Shown here: positions 10,962 to 23,264 of the stretch, in pieces
How positions within the stretch are numbered: the stretch's first letter is position 1
Layout: the number at the start of each line of letters is the position of its first letter
From: Escherichia coli
GTDB taxonomy: Bacteria > Pseudomonadota > Gammaproteobacteria > Enterobacterales > Enterobacteriaceae
Reading direction: 5' to 3' (one strand)
DNA length: 64,000 nucleotides
Assembly (NCBI RefSeq): GCF_030013205.1
Contig: NZ_CP122648.1
Translations under genes and position numbers: made by a program
The notes under the pieces: model-generated
What the model saw: the letters and a program-made list of their open reading frames with translations, nothing else
What the model was told of the DNA's origin: nothing
Database searches by the model: none

Positions 10962-12494
10962 ATGACGCAGAAAATTGAACAATCTCAACGACAAGAACGG
11001 GTAGCGGCCTGGAATCGTCGCGCTGAATGCGATCTTGCCACTTTCCAAAACTCACCAAAGCAAACCTACCAGGCTGAAAAAGCGCGCGATCGCAAACTGT
11101 GCGCCAACCTGGAAGAAGCGATTCGTCGCTCGGGTTTACAGGACGGCATGACGGTTTCCTTCCATCACGCTTTCCGTGGCGGTGACCTGACCGTCAATAT
11201 GGTGATGGACGTCATCGCGAAGATGGGCTTTAAAAACCTGACCCTGGCCTCCAGCTCCCTGAGTGATTGCCATGCGCCGCTGGTAGAACACATTCGCCAG
11301 GGCGTGGTTACCCGCATTTATACCTCTGGCCTGCGCGGTCCACTGGCGGAAGAAATCTCCCGTGGTCTGCTGGCGGAACCGGTGCAAATCCACTCTCACG
11401 GCGGACGTGTGCATCTGGTACAGAGCGGCGAACTGAATATAGACGTGGCTTTCCTCGGCGTCCCGTCCTGTGATGAATTCGGTAATGCCAACGGCTACAC
11501 CGGTAAAGCCTGCTGCGGCTCCCTCGGCTATGCAATGGTTGATGCCGACAACGCGAAACAGGTTGTGATGCTCACTGAAGAACTGCTGCCTTATCCTCAT
11601 AATCCGGCAAGCATTGAGCAAGATCAGGTTGATCTGATCGTCAAAGTTGATCGCGTTGGCGATGCCGCGAAAATCGGCGCTGGCGCGACCCGTATGACCA
11701 CTAACCCGCGCGAACTGCTTATTGCCCGTAGCGCTGCGGATGTGATTGTCAACTCAGGCTACTTTAAAGAAGGTTTCTCCATGCAGACCGGCACCGGCGG
11801 CGCATCGCTGGCGGTAACCCGTTTCCTGGAAGACAAAATGCGTAGCCGCGATATTCGCGCCGACTTCGCCCTTGGCGGTATTACTGCAACGATGGTTGAT
11901 CTGCACGAAAAAGGTCTGATCCGCAAACTGCTGGATGTACAGAGCTTTGACAGCCACGCTGCACAATCGCTGGCCCGTAACCCCAATCACATCGAAATCA
12001 GCGCCAACCAGTACGCTAACTGGGGTTCAAAAGGCGCATCGGTTGATCGTCTCGACGTGGTGGTACTGAGCGCGCTGGAAATTGACACCCAGTTCAACGT
12101 TAACGTGCTGACCGGCTCTGACGGCGTACTGCGTGGTGCTTCCGGTGGTCACTGCGATACCGCGATTGCCTCTGCGCTTTCCATCATCGTCGCGCCGCTG
12201 GTACGCGGCCGTATTCCGACTCTGGTGGATAACGTGCTGACCTGCATCACCCCGGGCTCCAGTGTCGATATTCTGGTCACAGACCACGGTATCGCAGTTA
12301 ACCCGGCACGTCCGGAACTGGCAGAACGTCTGCAGGAAGCGGGGATCAAAGTGGTTTCTATTGAGTGGCTGCGTGAACGTGCGCGTCTGCTGACCGGTGA
12401 ACCACAGCCGATTGAATTCACCGACCGCGTCGTTGCTGTTGTGCGTTACCGCGATGGCTCGGTGATCGATGTTGTGCATCAGGTGAAGGAATAA
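10962..12494 (+). CDS. citF: citrate lyase alpha subunit (citrate CoA-transferase)
   Basis: 510-aa ORF; matches CitF. Confidence 0.95.
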   Translation: MTQKIEQSQRQERVAAWNRRAECDLATFQNSPKQTYQAEKARDRKLCANLEEAIRRSGLQDGMTVSFHHAFRGGDLTVNMVMDVIAKMGFKNLTLASSSLSDCHAPLVEHIRQGVVTRIYTSGLRGPLAEEISRGLLAEPVQIHSHGGRVHLVQSGELNIDVAFLGVPSCDEFGNANGYTGKACCGSLGYAMVDADNAKQVVMLTEELLPYPHNPASIEQDQVDLIVKVDRVGDAAKIGAGATRMTTNPRELLIARSAADVIVNSGYFKEGFSMQTGTGGASLAVTRFLEDKMRSRDIRADFALGGITATMVDLHEKGLIRKLLDVQSFDSHAAQSLARNPNHIEISANQYANWGSKGASVDRLDVVVLSALEIDTQFNVNVLTGSDGVLRGASGGHCDTAIASALSIIVAPLVRGRIPTLVDNVLTCITPGSSVDILVTDHGIAVNPARPELAERLQEAGIKVVSIEWLRERARLLTGEPQPIEFTDRVVAVVRYRDGSVIDVVHQVKE

Positions 12495-12497
12495 GCC

Positions 12498-13902
<1,405 letters not shown>

Positions 13903-13951
13903 TAATTTAAGCACTTGATAAAATTGGAATATTAATTGTCGGAGAACCCGT

Positions 13952-15415
13952 ATGTCTTTAGCAAAAGATAATATATGGAAATTATTGGCGCCCTTGGTGG
14001 TGATGGGTGTCATGTTTCTTATCCCTGTACCTGACGGTATGCCGCCGCAGGCGTGGCATTACTTTGCAGTGTTTGTGGCAATGATTGTCGGCATGATCCT
14101 CGAGCCAATTCCGGCAACAGCGATCAGTTTTATTGCGGTTACTATTTGCGTTATTGGCAGTAATTACCTGCTCTTTGATGCCAAAGAATTAGCTGACCCA
14201 GCGTTTAATGCGCAAAAACAGGCGCTGAAATGGGGTCTGGCTGGTTTTTCCAGCACCACGGTATGGCTGGTATTTGGCGCATTTATTTTTGCATTAGGGT
14301 ATGAAGTTTCCGGGTTAGGCCGTCGTATTGCCCTTTTCCTGGTGAAATTCATGGGCAAACGCACGCTGACGTTGGGTTATGCGATTGTCATTATCGACAT
14401 TCTGCTGGCACCGTTTACACCGTCCAACACCGCGCGTACCGGGGGTACGGTTTTTCCGGTCATTAAAAACCTGCCGCCGCTGTTTAAATCATTCCCGAAC
14501 GATCCGTCCGCGCGTCGTATTGGCGGCTATTTGATGTGGATGATGGTCATTAGTACCAGTCTGAGTTCGTCCATGTTTGTCACCGGTGCGGCACCAAACG
14601 TGCTGGGTCTGGAGTTCGTCAGCAAAATTGCCGGTATCCAGATTAGCTGGTTGCAGTGGTTCCTCTGCTTCCTGCCGGTTGGGGTTATCTTGCTTATCAT
14701 TGCGCCGTGGCTTTCCTACGTGCTGTACAAACCGGAAATCACACACAGTGAAGAAGTGGCAACCTGGGCGGGTGATGAACTAAAAACCATGGGTGCGCTG
14801 ACACGCAGAGAGTGGACGCTGATTGGTCTTGTATTGCTCAGCTTAGGTTTGTGGGTATTTGGCAGTGAAGTCATTAATGCTACTGCGGTAGGTCTGCTGG
14901 CAGTTTCGCTAATGCTGGCCCTGCACGTTGTGCCGTGGAAAGACATTACCCGCTATAACAGCGCATGGAACACACTGGTCAACCTGGCAACTCTGGTTGT
15001 GATGGCTAATGGCCTGACTCGTTCTGGTTTTATTGACTGGTTCGCCGGTACCATGAGTACGCACCTGGAAGGATTCTCACCAAACGCAACGGTGATTGTA
15101 CTGGTTCTGGTGTTCTACTTTGCACACTACCTGTTTGCTAGCCTGTCTGCGCACACCGCAACCATGCTGCCGGTTATTCTGGCCGTCGGTAAAGGTATTC
15201 CGGGCGTACCAATGGAACAACTGTGTATTCTGCTGGTGCTGTCTATCGGTATCATGGGCTGTCTGACGCCGTATGCAACCGGTCCTGGGGTGATTATTTA
15301 CGGCTGTGGCTATGTGAAATCAAAAGATTACTGGCGACTTGGTGCAATCTTCGGGGTGATTTACATCTCTATGCTGCTGTTGGTTGGCTGGCCGATTCTC
15401 GCCATGTGGAACTAA
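13952..15415 (+). CDS. citT: citrate:succinate antiporter CitT
   Basis: 487-aa polytopic membrane ORF with Shine-Dalgarno; matches CitT. Confidence 0.95.
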   Translation: MSLAKDNIWKLLAPLVVMGVMFLIPVPDGMPPQAWHYFAVFVAMIVGMILEPIPATAISFIAVTICVIGSNYLLFDAKELADPAFNAQKQALKWGLAGFSSTTVWLVFGAFIFALGYEVSGLGRRIALFLVKFMGKRTLTLGYAIVIIDILLAPFTPSNTARTGGTVFPVIKNLPPLFKSFPNDPSARRIGGYLMWMMVISTSLSSSMFVTGAAPNVLGLEFVSKIAGIQISWLQWFLCFLPVGVILLIIAPWLSYVLYKPEITHSEEVATWAGDELKTMGALTRREWTLIGLVLLSLGLWVFGSEVINATAVGLLAVSLMLALHVVPWKDITRYNSAWNTLVNLATLVVMANGLTRSGFIDWFAGTMSTHLEGFSPNATVIVLVLVFYFAHYLFASLSAHTATMLPVILAVGKGIPGVPMEQLCILLVLSIGIMGCLTPYATGPGVIIYGCGYVKSKDYWRLGAIFGVIYISMLLLVGWPILAMWN

Positions 15416-15445
15416 TACGTTCGCCAAACGCTGAATAAATCATCA

Positions 15446-15482
15446 CGCCCGCCAGGTAAGCCCACCTGGCGGGCTTTTTTAT
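15446..15482 (+). terminator. intrinsic terminator of the cit operon
   Basis: cgcccgccaggtaagcccacctggcgggc hairpin followed by tttttt. Confidence 0.7.
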
Positions 15483-15528
15483 GATTTAATAGATAGTATT
15501 CAGTGTATGTATGAGTTCCACACCCATT

Positions 15529-16335
15529 ATGAAAGCATTCTGGCGTAACGCCGCGTTGCTCGCGGTTTCTCTGCTTCCCTTCTCTTCTGCCAACGCCGTA
15601 GCGTTGCAGGCAAAACAGTATGGCGATTTTGATCGCTATGTCCTGGCCCTCTCATGGCAAACCGGATTTTGCCAGAGTCAACACGATCGAAATCGTAACG
15701 AACGAGATGAATGTCGCCTGCAAACCGAAACGACCAACAAAGCTGATTTTCTGACCGTACATGGTCTGTGGCCAGGATTGCCTAAATCGGTTGCTGCCCG
15801 TGGTGTTGATGAACGCCGCTGGATGCGCTTCGGTTGCGCTACTCGCCCAATCCCGAATCTACCAGAAGCGCGCGCCAGCCGAATGTGTTCATCGCCGGAA
15901 ACCGGGTTATCGCTGGAAACGGCAGCTAAACTAAGTGAAGTCATGCCAGGAGCTGGCGGACGTTCCTGCCTGGAACGCTACGAATATGCCAAACACGGTG
16001 CCTGCTTTGGTTTTGATCCAGACGCATACTTCGGCACGATGGTACGCCTGAATCAAGAAATTAAAGAGAGCGAAGCCGGAAAATTCCTTGCGGATAACTA
16101 CGGTAACACAGTGAGCCGCCGTGACTTTGATGCCGCCTTTGCCAAAAGCTGGGGAAAAGAGAACGTGAAAGCAGTTAAGCTAACGTGCCAGGGTAACCCT
16201 GCGTATTTGACTGAAATTCAGATCTCGATCAAAGCTGACGCCATCAACGCTCCGCTTTCTGCCAACTCATTCTTGCCACAACCACACCCAGGCAACTGTG
16301 GCAAAACCTTTGTGATTGATAAAGCAGGTTATTAA
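15529..16335 (+). CDS. rna: periplasmic ribonuclease I
   Basis: 268 aa from internal ATG (MKAFWRNAALLAVSLL..., signal peptide); matches RNase I. Confidence 0.94.
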   Translation: MKAFWRNAALLAVSLLPFSSANAVALQAKQYGDFDRYVLALSWQTGFCQSQHDRNRNERDECRLQTETTNKADFLTVHGLWPGLPKSVAARGVDERRWMRFGCATRPIPNLPEARASRMCSSPETGLSLETAAKLSEVMPGAGGRSCLERYEYAKHGACFGFDPDAYFGTMVRLNQEIKESEAGKFLADNYGNTVSRRDFDAAFAKSWGKENVKAVKLTCQGNPAYLTEIQISIKADAINAPLSANSFLPQPHPGNCGKTFVIDKAGY

Positions 16336-16564
16336 TCCTCTGATTTACAAAACACGCTAATTCGTCTTCCATAAACCATGACGATTAAGATTTATACATA
16401 ATGCGCTACATTGAGGAATTCCCTGAATGTGACGCAAATCACTTCAAAGAGTGAGCAACAGTCAGTATCATCATGTGAGTTAAACCCTCGCCGCCTGACG
16501 GTGAGGGTTTTCTTTTGGGTATGTTTATCTGCGACACTCGCAGTACCGACGACATGGAGTAAAA

Positions 16565-16975
16565 ATGTCCAGACCAACTATCATCATTAACGACCTGGAT
16601 GCCGAACGCATCGATATTCTGCTGGAGCAACCCGCCTATGCTGGTTTGCCAATCGCCGACGCGTTAAACGCAGAGTTGGATCGCGCCCAAATGTGTTCGC
16701 CAGAAGAGATGCCACACGACGTGGTGACAATGAACAGCCGGGTTAAATTCCGCAATCTTAGCGATGGCGAAGTGCGTGTGCGCACGCTGGTGTATCCGGC
16801 AAAAATGACCGACAGCAATACTCAGCTTTCCGTTATGGCTCCGGTAGGTGCTGCACTGCTGGGGCTGCGCGTTGGCGATTCCATTCACTGGGAACTTCCG
16901 GGCGGCGTTGCAACCCACCTTGAAGTGCTGGAACTCGAATACCAGCCAGAAGCTGCTGGCGACTACCTGCTTTAA
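16565..16975 (+). CDS. rnk: regulator of nucleoside diphosphate kinase (GreA/GreB-like)
   Basis: 136-aa ORF; matches Rnk. Confidence 0.94.
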
Positions 16976-17330
16976 TCCCATCTGCACAAGCGATAACTCG
17001 CTTTGCCCAGAGGATGCACTCGCATCCTCTTTTCGCTCAAATATCAACCAGATTTATCATTTTGCTCTTAAGCGCAGCATTCTAATCTGAACTGGTTATT
17101 CATCTGCGGAACCTCATATGAGCGAAGCTCTCGGTATCACTGCATTTTATATATTCATAGCCGCGATTATTGTTGCTGCAGTGCTATACCTTGAACAACG
17201 CTGGTAGCGCCTGGTTTTATTTATTTTCCAGCTCAATAGCAAATTCAGATCAAATCAGCCTCGCAAATCATAGATTCATAACCAATAATGTGCTGTTATG
17301 TATACATGCAAAAACAAGGAGAGAATGCTT

Positions 17331-17759
17331 ATGTACAAGACAATCATCATGCCAGTGGATGTTTTCGAAATGGAATTGAGCGACAAAGCTGTTCGCCACG
17401 CTGAATTCCTCGCCCAGGATGACGGAGTTATTCATCTACTTCACGTACTACCCGGGTCAGCCAGCCTGAGCCTGCACCGTTTTGCCGCTGATGTGCGTCG
17501 TTTTGAAGAGCATCTGCAACATGAAGCAGAAGAACGTCTGCAAACGATGGTCAGCCACTTCACCATCGATCCTTCCCGCATTAAGCAACATGTCCGTTTT
17601 GGTAGCGTGCGGGATGAAGTCAATGAGTTGGCAGAAGAACTGGGGGCTGATGTTGTAGTTATCGGTTCGCGCAACCCTTCGATTTCGACCCATCTGTTAG
17701 GTTCTAACGCCTCGAGCGTGATCCGCCACGCCAATCTGCCGGTGCTGGTTGTGCGTTAA
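17331..17759 (+). CDS. uspG: universal stress protein G
   Basis: 142 aa from internal ATG ([14 protein letters not shown]...); matches UspG. Confidence 0.94.
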   Translation: MYKTIIMPVDVFEMELSDKAVRHAEFLAQDDGVIHLLHVLPGSASLSLHRFAADVRRFEEHLQHEAEERLQTMVSHFTIDPSRIKQHVRFGSVRDEVNELAEELGADVVVIGSRNPSISTHLLGSNASSVIRHANLPVLVVR

Positions 17760-17775
17760 TTGCCAGAATAAATAT

Positions 17776-17812
17776 CCCGCCCTGCCCGGAGCCATCCCGG
17801 CGGGGCTTTTTA
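17776..17812 (+). terminator. uspG intrinsic terminator
   Basis: GC-rich hairpin (cccgccctgcccggagccatcccggcggggc) followed by ttttt. Confidence 0.6.
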
Positions 17813-17814
17813 TT

Positions 17815-18525
17815 GCCATAATAAATATCCTCCGGCATAGCCGGAGGTTTTTCAAATGCGCCTATAAGGCTCTCTTACCAGCCGCGCCCTAACAGGCGCA
17901 CACGATCTGACATTTGCATCCAACTTCGTTACTTACGGCCCGTAAACGGGCTGCCCGGATAGGGAATCGATAACTGCTCTCCCATTTTATCCTCTTCAAG
18001 CTGGTGCTTTATGTAATCCTGTATCTTCGCCGTGTTCTTACCCACTGTATCGACGTAGTACCCTCTGCACCAGAACTCCCTGTTCCTGTATTTGAATTTC
18101 AAATCACCAAACTGCTCGTAAAGCATCAGACTGCTTTTCCCTTTCAGATATCCCATAAACCCGGATACGCTCATTTTGGGCGGGATCTCCACAAGCATAT
18201 GGATATGATCTGCACAGCATTCAGCTTCCAGAATCCGTACGCTTTTCCACTCACACAGCTTTCTCAAAATACTGCCTATTGCTCTACGCTTCTCTCTGTA
18301 GAACACCTGTCTTCGGTATTTTGGCGCAAAAACTATGTGATATTTACAGTTCCATCGGGTGTGCGCTAAGCTCTTTTCGTTCCCCATTGGGACCCCCTTT
18401 TGATTTCTTGTTTGACACTTGCAGTTGCCAGACCGCAAGGTGTTTTAACAAATCAAAAGGGGTTTTAATAACTGGCTCAAAGCTGAAAGCTTTCCGGAAC
18501 CCCCAGCCTAGCTGGGGGTTTTCTG
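17815..18525 (-). mobile_element. IS200-like insertion sequence (IS200/IS605 family); boundaries approximate
   Basis: about 710 bp of extra DNA between the uspG and ahpF terminators; it encodes a 152-aa Y1 (HUH) transposase and has the IS200 left-end hairpin (aacccccagcctagctgggggtt) plus an RBS-proximal structured leader. Confidence 0.75.
17929..18387 (-). CDS. tnpA: IS200 transposase TnpA (Y1 HUH transposase)
   Basis: 152 aa from internal ATG (MGNEKSLAHTRWNCKYHIVFAPKYRR... with the HxH motif in ADHIHML); near-identical to Salmonella IS200 TnpA from memory. Confidence 0.93.
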   Translation of the reverse strand: MGNEKSLAHTRWNCKYHIVFAPKYRRQVFYREKRRAIGSILRKLCEWKSVRILEAECCADHIHMLVEIPPKMSVSGFMGYLKGKSSLMLYEQFGDLKFKYRNREFWCRGYYVDTVGKNTAKIQDYIKHQLEEDKMGEQLSIPYPGSPFTGRK

Positions 18526-18532
18526 TGCACAA

Positions 18533-18562
18533 AAAAGCCGCCAGGTTTGACCCCGGCGGCTA
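18533..18562 (-). terminator. ahpF intrinsic terminator
   Basis: on the minus strand, gccgccggggtcaaacctggcggc followed by tttttt. Confidence 0.7.
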
Positions 18563-18590
18563 AGCAATTGCAGGTGAATCTTACTTCTTC

Positions 18591-20156
18591 TTATGCTGTT
18601 TTGGTGCGAATCAGGTAGTCAAAAGCACTCAGAGAGGCTTTGGCACCTTCGCCAGTGGCGATGATGATCTGCTTGTACGGAACCGTTGTACAGTCACCCG
18701 CTGCGAACACGCCTTTCACGTTGGTTTCGCATTTCGCATCAATGATAATCTCGCCCATGCGGTTACGTTCGACTGCGCCTTCGAGCCAGTTGGTGTTCGG
18801 CAGCAGACCAATCTGCACGAAAATACCGGCCAGTTCGATGTTGTGAATATCGCCGCTGACACGATCGCGATATTCCAGACCTACGACTTTGCTACCGTCG
18901 CCTTTCACTTCCGTGGTTTGCGCATTCAGAATAATGTCGACGTTTTTCAGGCTGCGCAGTTTGTCCTGCAGAACCTGGTCGGCTTTCATTTCTGGCGCAA
19001 ATTCCAGCAGCGTTACGTGCTCAACGATACCCGCCAGGTCAATTGCCGCTTCCACGCCGGAGTTACCGCCGCCGATAACCGCTACGCGTTTACCTTTAAA
19101 CAGCGGGCCGTCGCAGTGCGGGCAGTAGGTCACGCCTTTGGTGCGATACTGATCTTCGCCCGGAACGTTCATGTTGCGCCATTTTGCACCGGTCGCCACG
19201 ATAATGCTGCGTGCTTTCAGTACCGCGCCAGAAGCTGTTTCAATCTGATGCAGGCCACCTTCAACCGCTGCCGGGATCAGTTTGCTGGCGCTCTGGCTGT
19301 CGATCACATCAACGTCGTATTCATCAACGTGAACTTTCAGCGCACCTGCCAGTTTCTGGCCTTCGGTCTTCGGTACAGAAATGTAGTTTTCGATATCAAC
19401 GGTATCGAGGATCTGACCACCAAAACGTTCGCCCATCAAACCAGTACGGATACCTTTACGTGCGGAGTAAATTGCTGCCGCTGCACCCGCCGGGCCGGAA
19501 CCGACGATTAATACGTCATAAGCATCACGCTTGTTCAGCTCTTCTGCCGCACGTTTTTCCGCGCCAGTATCAATTTTGGCGACGATTTCAGTCAACGTCA
19601 TGCGACCCTGACCAAACTCTTTCCCGTTTACGAACACTGCCGGAACGCCCATCACGTTGCGATCGGTGATTTCGTTCTGGAAGGTGCCGCCGTCAATTGC
19701 AGTGTGCTTGATGCGCGGGTTCAGTACGCTCATCAGGTTCAGCGCCTGCACCACATCCGGGCAGTTGTGGCAAGAGAGCGAGTAATAGGTTTCGAATTCA
19801 AAATCACCGTCAATATGGCGAATCTGCTCCAGCAGAGACTGCGCTTCTTTCGACGGATGACCACCTGTCCACAGCAACGCCAGTACCAGCGAGGTAAACT
19901 CGTGGCCCAGCGGGGAGCCTGCAAAACGTGGCCCCTGGTTGGAACCTGGCTTGGTGATCAGGAAAGACGGCTTACGCACTGGCAAGCTGTTATCTTCTTT
20001 AAAGGTGACTTTGTCTGACAGTTCTGCGATTTCAGCCAACAGTTCCTTGATTTCTGCCGATTTAGCGCTGTCATCCAGCGTGGCAATTAACTCAACAGGC
20101 TTGGTCAATTTCTCAAGGTAAGCCTTGAGTTGAGTTTTCATATTTGTGTCGAGCAT
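18591..20156 (-). CDS. ahpF: alkyl hydroperoxide reductase subunit F
   Basis: 521 aa from internal ATG ([17 protein letters not shown]...); matches AhpF. Confidence 0.96.
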   Translation of the reverse strand: MLDTNMKTQLKAYLEKLTKPVELIATLDDSAKSAEIKELLAEIAELSDKVTFKEDNSLPVRKPSFLITKPGSNQGPRFAGSPLGHEFTSLVLALLWTGGHPSKEAQSLLEQIRHIDGDFEFETYYSLSCHNCPDVVQALNLMSVLNPRIKHTAIDGGTFQNEITDRNVMGVPAVFVNGKEFGQGRMTLTEIVAKIDTGAEKRAAEELNKRDAYDVLIVGSGPAGAAAAIYSARKGIRTGLMGERFGGQILDTVDIENYISVPKTEGQKLAGALKVHVDEYDVDVIDSQSASKLIPAAVEGGLHQIETASGAVLKARSIIVATGAKWRNMNVPGEDQYRTKGVTYCPHCDGPLFKGKRVAVIGGGNSGVEAAIDLAGIVEHVTLLEFAPEMKADQVLQDKLRSLKNVDIILNAQTTEVKGDGSKVVGLEYRDRVSGDIHNIELAGIFVQIGLLPNTNWLEGAVERNRMGEIIIDAKCETNVKGVFAAGDCTTVPYKQIIIATGEGAKASLSAFDYLIRTKTA

Positions 20157-20326
20157 GTTTATCTCCTGGGCTTTAAACATCATCATGCAAGCGGCCTCTG
20201 CGGCTACCTGGATGCAGCTTGCATCATGGTGCGGGGAAGAAAATCGGGTGCCGCAGCACCCGAAGAATTAGGTGAATTTCCGAAGTATTTCGCGCCGGAG
20301 TTGGTAGCGCGAAAGACGAAGGAAAT

Positions 20327-20890
20327 TTAGATTTTACCAACCAGGTCCAGAGACGGAGCCAGAGTTGCTTCACCTTCTTTCCATTTAGCCGGGCAAACTT
20401 CACCTGGGTGAGAAGCTACGTACTGTGCTGCTTTGATTTTACGCAGCAGGTCAGACGCGTCACGGCCAATGCCTTCAGCGGTAACTTCGATTGCCTGGAT
20501 GATACCCTGCGGGTCAACAACGAAGGTCGCACGGTCAGCCAGACCTTCATCTTCACGCATGTTGTCGAAGTTACGGGTCAGGGCGCCAGTCGGGTCGCCG
20601 ATCATCGCATATTTGATTTTAGCGATGGTTTCAGAGCTGCTGTGCCATGCTTTGTGGGTGAAGTGAGTATCGGTAGATACTGCGTATACGTCTACGCCCA
20701 GTTTCTGCAGTTCTTCGTAGTGGTCAGCAACGTCACCCAGTTCGGTCGGGCATACGAAAGTAAAGTCAGCCGGGTAGAAGAAGAAGACGCTCCAGCGGCC
20801 TTCGGTATCTTTTTCGGTGATTTCGATGAATTCGCCGTTTTTGAATGCCTGGTTTTTAAAAGGTTTAATTTTGGTGTTAATCAAGGACAT
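20327..20890 (-). CDS. ahpC: alkyl hydroperoxide reductase subunit C (peroxiredoxin)
   Basis: 187-aa [24 protein letters not shown]...; matches AhpC. Confidence 0.97.
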   Translation of the reverse strand: MSLINTKIKPFKNQAFKNGEFIEITEKDTEGRWSVFFFYPADFTFVCPTELGDVADHYEELQKLGVDVYAVSTDTHFTHKAWHSSSETIAKIKYAMIGDPTGALTRNFDNMREDEGLADRATFVVDPQGIIQAIEVTAEGIGRDASDLLRKIKAAQYVASHPGEVCPAKWKEGEATLAPSLDLVGKI

Positions 20891-21261
20891 CTATACTTCC
20901 TCCGTGTTTTCGATGAGATGTAAGGTAACCAATTTTTGCCGATTCGGCTAATGCGTTTCCATTATCAAATCGATAAGTTTTACCTTACAACCTTCGTAAG
21001 ACAACTTTGTGAACTTTGCACCGCCAGCGGCGATAAAAAGTAAAATGGCCCCCTTTCCAGGTGACCGTGTAATCTGAACTACCCTTTGGTATCTTCAGCG
21101 CCTGCCTGCAGGCTGAGGTGTTGCCCTTACAAATGCAACAACGACATGGATTACAACACCCTCATAAACAAAGGGCAATCACCTGATCTAAGCTCTTACC
21201 TATGGCAGTGATAGGTTATGCCTTTTACCCGACTTTTGCACTGACTGAAAAGGACAAATTA

Positions 21262-22008
21262 ATGTTAAAAAAGATACTTTTACTGGCTCTGCTTCCTGCA
21301 ATCGCCTTCGCAGAGGAACTTCCTGCCCCAGTAAAAGCGATTGAAAAACAGGGCATTACAATCATCAAAACGTTCGATGCTCCCGGAGGAATGAAAGGTT
21401 ATCTCGGAAAGTATCAGGATATGGGCGTCACCATCTACCTGACTCCAGATGGTAAGCACGCTATCTCCGGTTACATGTACAACGAGAAAGGTGAAAACCT
21501 GAGTAACACACTTATCGAAAAAGAAATTTACGCACCAGCCGGACGCGAAATGTGGCAACGGATGGAACAATCCCACTGGCTCCTCGACGGTAAAAAAGAC
21601 GCGCCGGTCATTGTTTACGTCTTCGCCGATCCGTTCTGCCCATATTGTAAACAGTTCTGGCAGCAGGCGCGCCCGTGGGTAGATTCTGGCAAAGTGCAAT
21701 TAAGAACATTGTTGGTTGGGGTTATCAAGCCAGAAAGCCCGGCGACAGCAGCGGCAATTCTTGCCGCCAAAGATCCCGCAAAAACCTGGCAAGAATATGA
21801 AGCCTCTGGTGGCAAGCTTAAGCTAAACGTGCCTGCAAACGTAAGTACAGAGCAAATGAAAGTGTTAAGCGACAACGAGAAACTCATGGACGATCTGGGG
21901 GCAAATGTCACACCAGCTATCTACTACATGAGTAAGGAAAATACACTGCAACAGGCCGTGGGGTTGCCCGATCAGAAAACGCTTAATATCATTATGGGGA
22001 ATAAATAA
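21262..22008 (+). CDS. dsbG: periplasmic disulfide isomerase DsbG
   Basis: 248 aa from internal ATG ([17 protein letters not shown]..., signal peptide; CPYC active site). Confidence 0.94.
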   Translation: MLKKILLLALLPAIAFAEELPAPVKAIEKQGITIIKTFDAPGGMKGYLGKYQDMGVTIYLTPDGKHAISGYMYNEKGENLSNTLIEKEIYAPAGREMWQRMEQSHWLLDGKKDAPVIVYVFADPFCPYCKQFWQQARPWVDSGKVQLRTLLVGVIKPESPATAAAILAAKDPAKTWQEYEASGGKLKLNVPANVSTEQMKVLSDNEKLMDDLGANVTPAIYYMSKENTLQQAVGLPDQKTLNIIMGNK

Positions 22009-22215
22009 AAGATAATTCATGGATGGTTGAAATATATCCCTGTTTTTCAACCATCCTAAAAAAGCATGAATTGCTCGCTCTGCCCTAAGTGGCTGTGCTA
22101 TTTTAGAAAAACTTAATTCTGAGTTAAGCAAAAAAACATAATACAAATAAATACAACAGCAACATTATTGAACAAATGAATGATTTATAGAAGAGATAAT
22201 ATAACGGAGTATGTT

Positions 22216-23118
22216 ATGGCGAATCTTTATGACCTAAAAAAATTTGATCTGAATTTACTGGTCATATTTGAGTGCATTTATCAACACCTCAGCATTAGCA
22301 AAGCAGCAGAATCATTATATATAACGCCCTCTGCTGTTAGTCAGTCGTTACAACGTTTACGTGCGCAATTTAATGACCCGTTATTCATTCGCTCAGGGAA
22401 AGGTATCGCGCCGACTACGACAGGGTTAAATCTGCATCATCATCTTGAGAAAAATCTCAGAGGCCTTGAACAAACGATCAATATTGTTAATAAGTCTGAG
22501 CTAAAGAAAAATTTTATTATCTACGGTCCTCAGCTTATTTCTTGTACTAATAACAACATGCTAATCCGCTGTCTTAGACAAGATACTTCAATCGATATAG
22601 AATGCCATGACATACTGCTTTCAGCTGAAAATGCCGAAGAACTGTTGGTTCAACGCAAAACTGACCTGGCAATTACACTACAACCAGTAATTAGCCGCTC
22701 TGTCATCTGCATGCCGTTACATACTATTCGCAATTCTCTTATATGTAGCAACAAACATCCTCGTATTACCGATACCAGTAACTATGAACAAATTATCGCC
22801 GAAGAATTCACCTTGTTGATATCTAAATCAGCAGGGATTGACGAAATTCAAATGGACATAGATGAACGTTTTATGAACCGTAAAGTTTCATTTCGCAGTT
22901 CTTCTTTGTTGACGATAATTAATAGTATTTCTGTTACTGACTTATTGGGCATTGTGCCCACCGAACTGTACGATTTACATCGTGATTTTTTGAAGTTACA
23001 AGAGATAAAACTGGAACAACCACTTCCTGCGGTTAAACTTTATATTTCCTATAACAAGGCTTCGTTGAACAACCTTGTCTTCTCACGATTCATAGATCGT
23101 TTAAATGATAGCTTCTGA
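22216..23118 (+). CDS. ybdO: LysR-family transcriptional regulator
   Basis: 300 aa from internal ATG (MANLYDLKKFDLNLLVIFE...); N-terminal HTH; very AT-rich coding sequence. Confidence 0.9.
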   Translation: MANLYDLKKFDLNLLVIFECIYQHLSISKAAESLYITPSAVSQSLQRLRAQFNDPLFIRSGKGIAPTTTGLNLHHHLEKNLRGLEQTINIVNKSELKKNFIIYGPQLISCTNNNMLIRCLRQDTSIDIECHDILLSAENAEELLVQRKTDLAITLQPVISRSVICMPLHTIRNSLICSNKHPRITDTSNYEQIIAEEFTLLISKSAGIDEIQMDIDERFMNRKVSFRSSSLLTIINSISVTDLLGIVPTELYDLHRDFLKLQEIKLEQPLPAVKLYISYNKASLNNLVFSRFIDRLNDSF

Positions 23119-23264
23119 TTTAATACCACTGATAAATGTTATATTACGCATCAATTGATTCATTGTGTGAATATAAAATAATGTGCTCTATCTTGCTTCG
23201 TTTACCCTATAATTAGCGGATTCATCTCACGAGTCACCCCGTAACGTTCAGAGAGCGTTTTCAG

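Noticed and set aside
17118-17207. 29-codon hydrophobic ORF between rnk and uspG as a CDS feature
   Set aside because: No convincing Shine-Dalgarno and no remembered homologue; kept only as part of the ybdR-absence finding, not as an annotated gene.
20891-21261. OxyR operator in the ahpC-dsbG divergent region
   Set aside because: OxyR regulation of ahpC and dsbG is established, but I could not locate the four ATAG-type half-sites with confidence in the sequence, so no coordinates are given.
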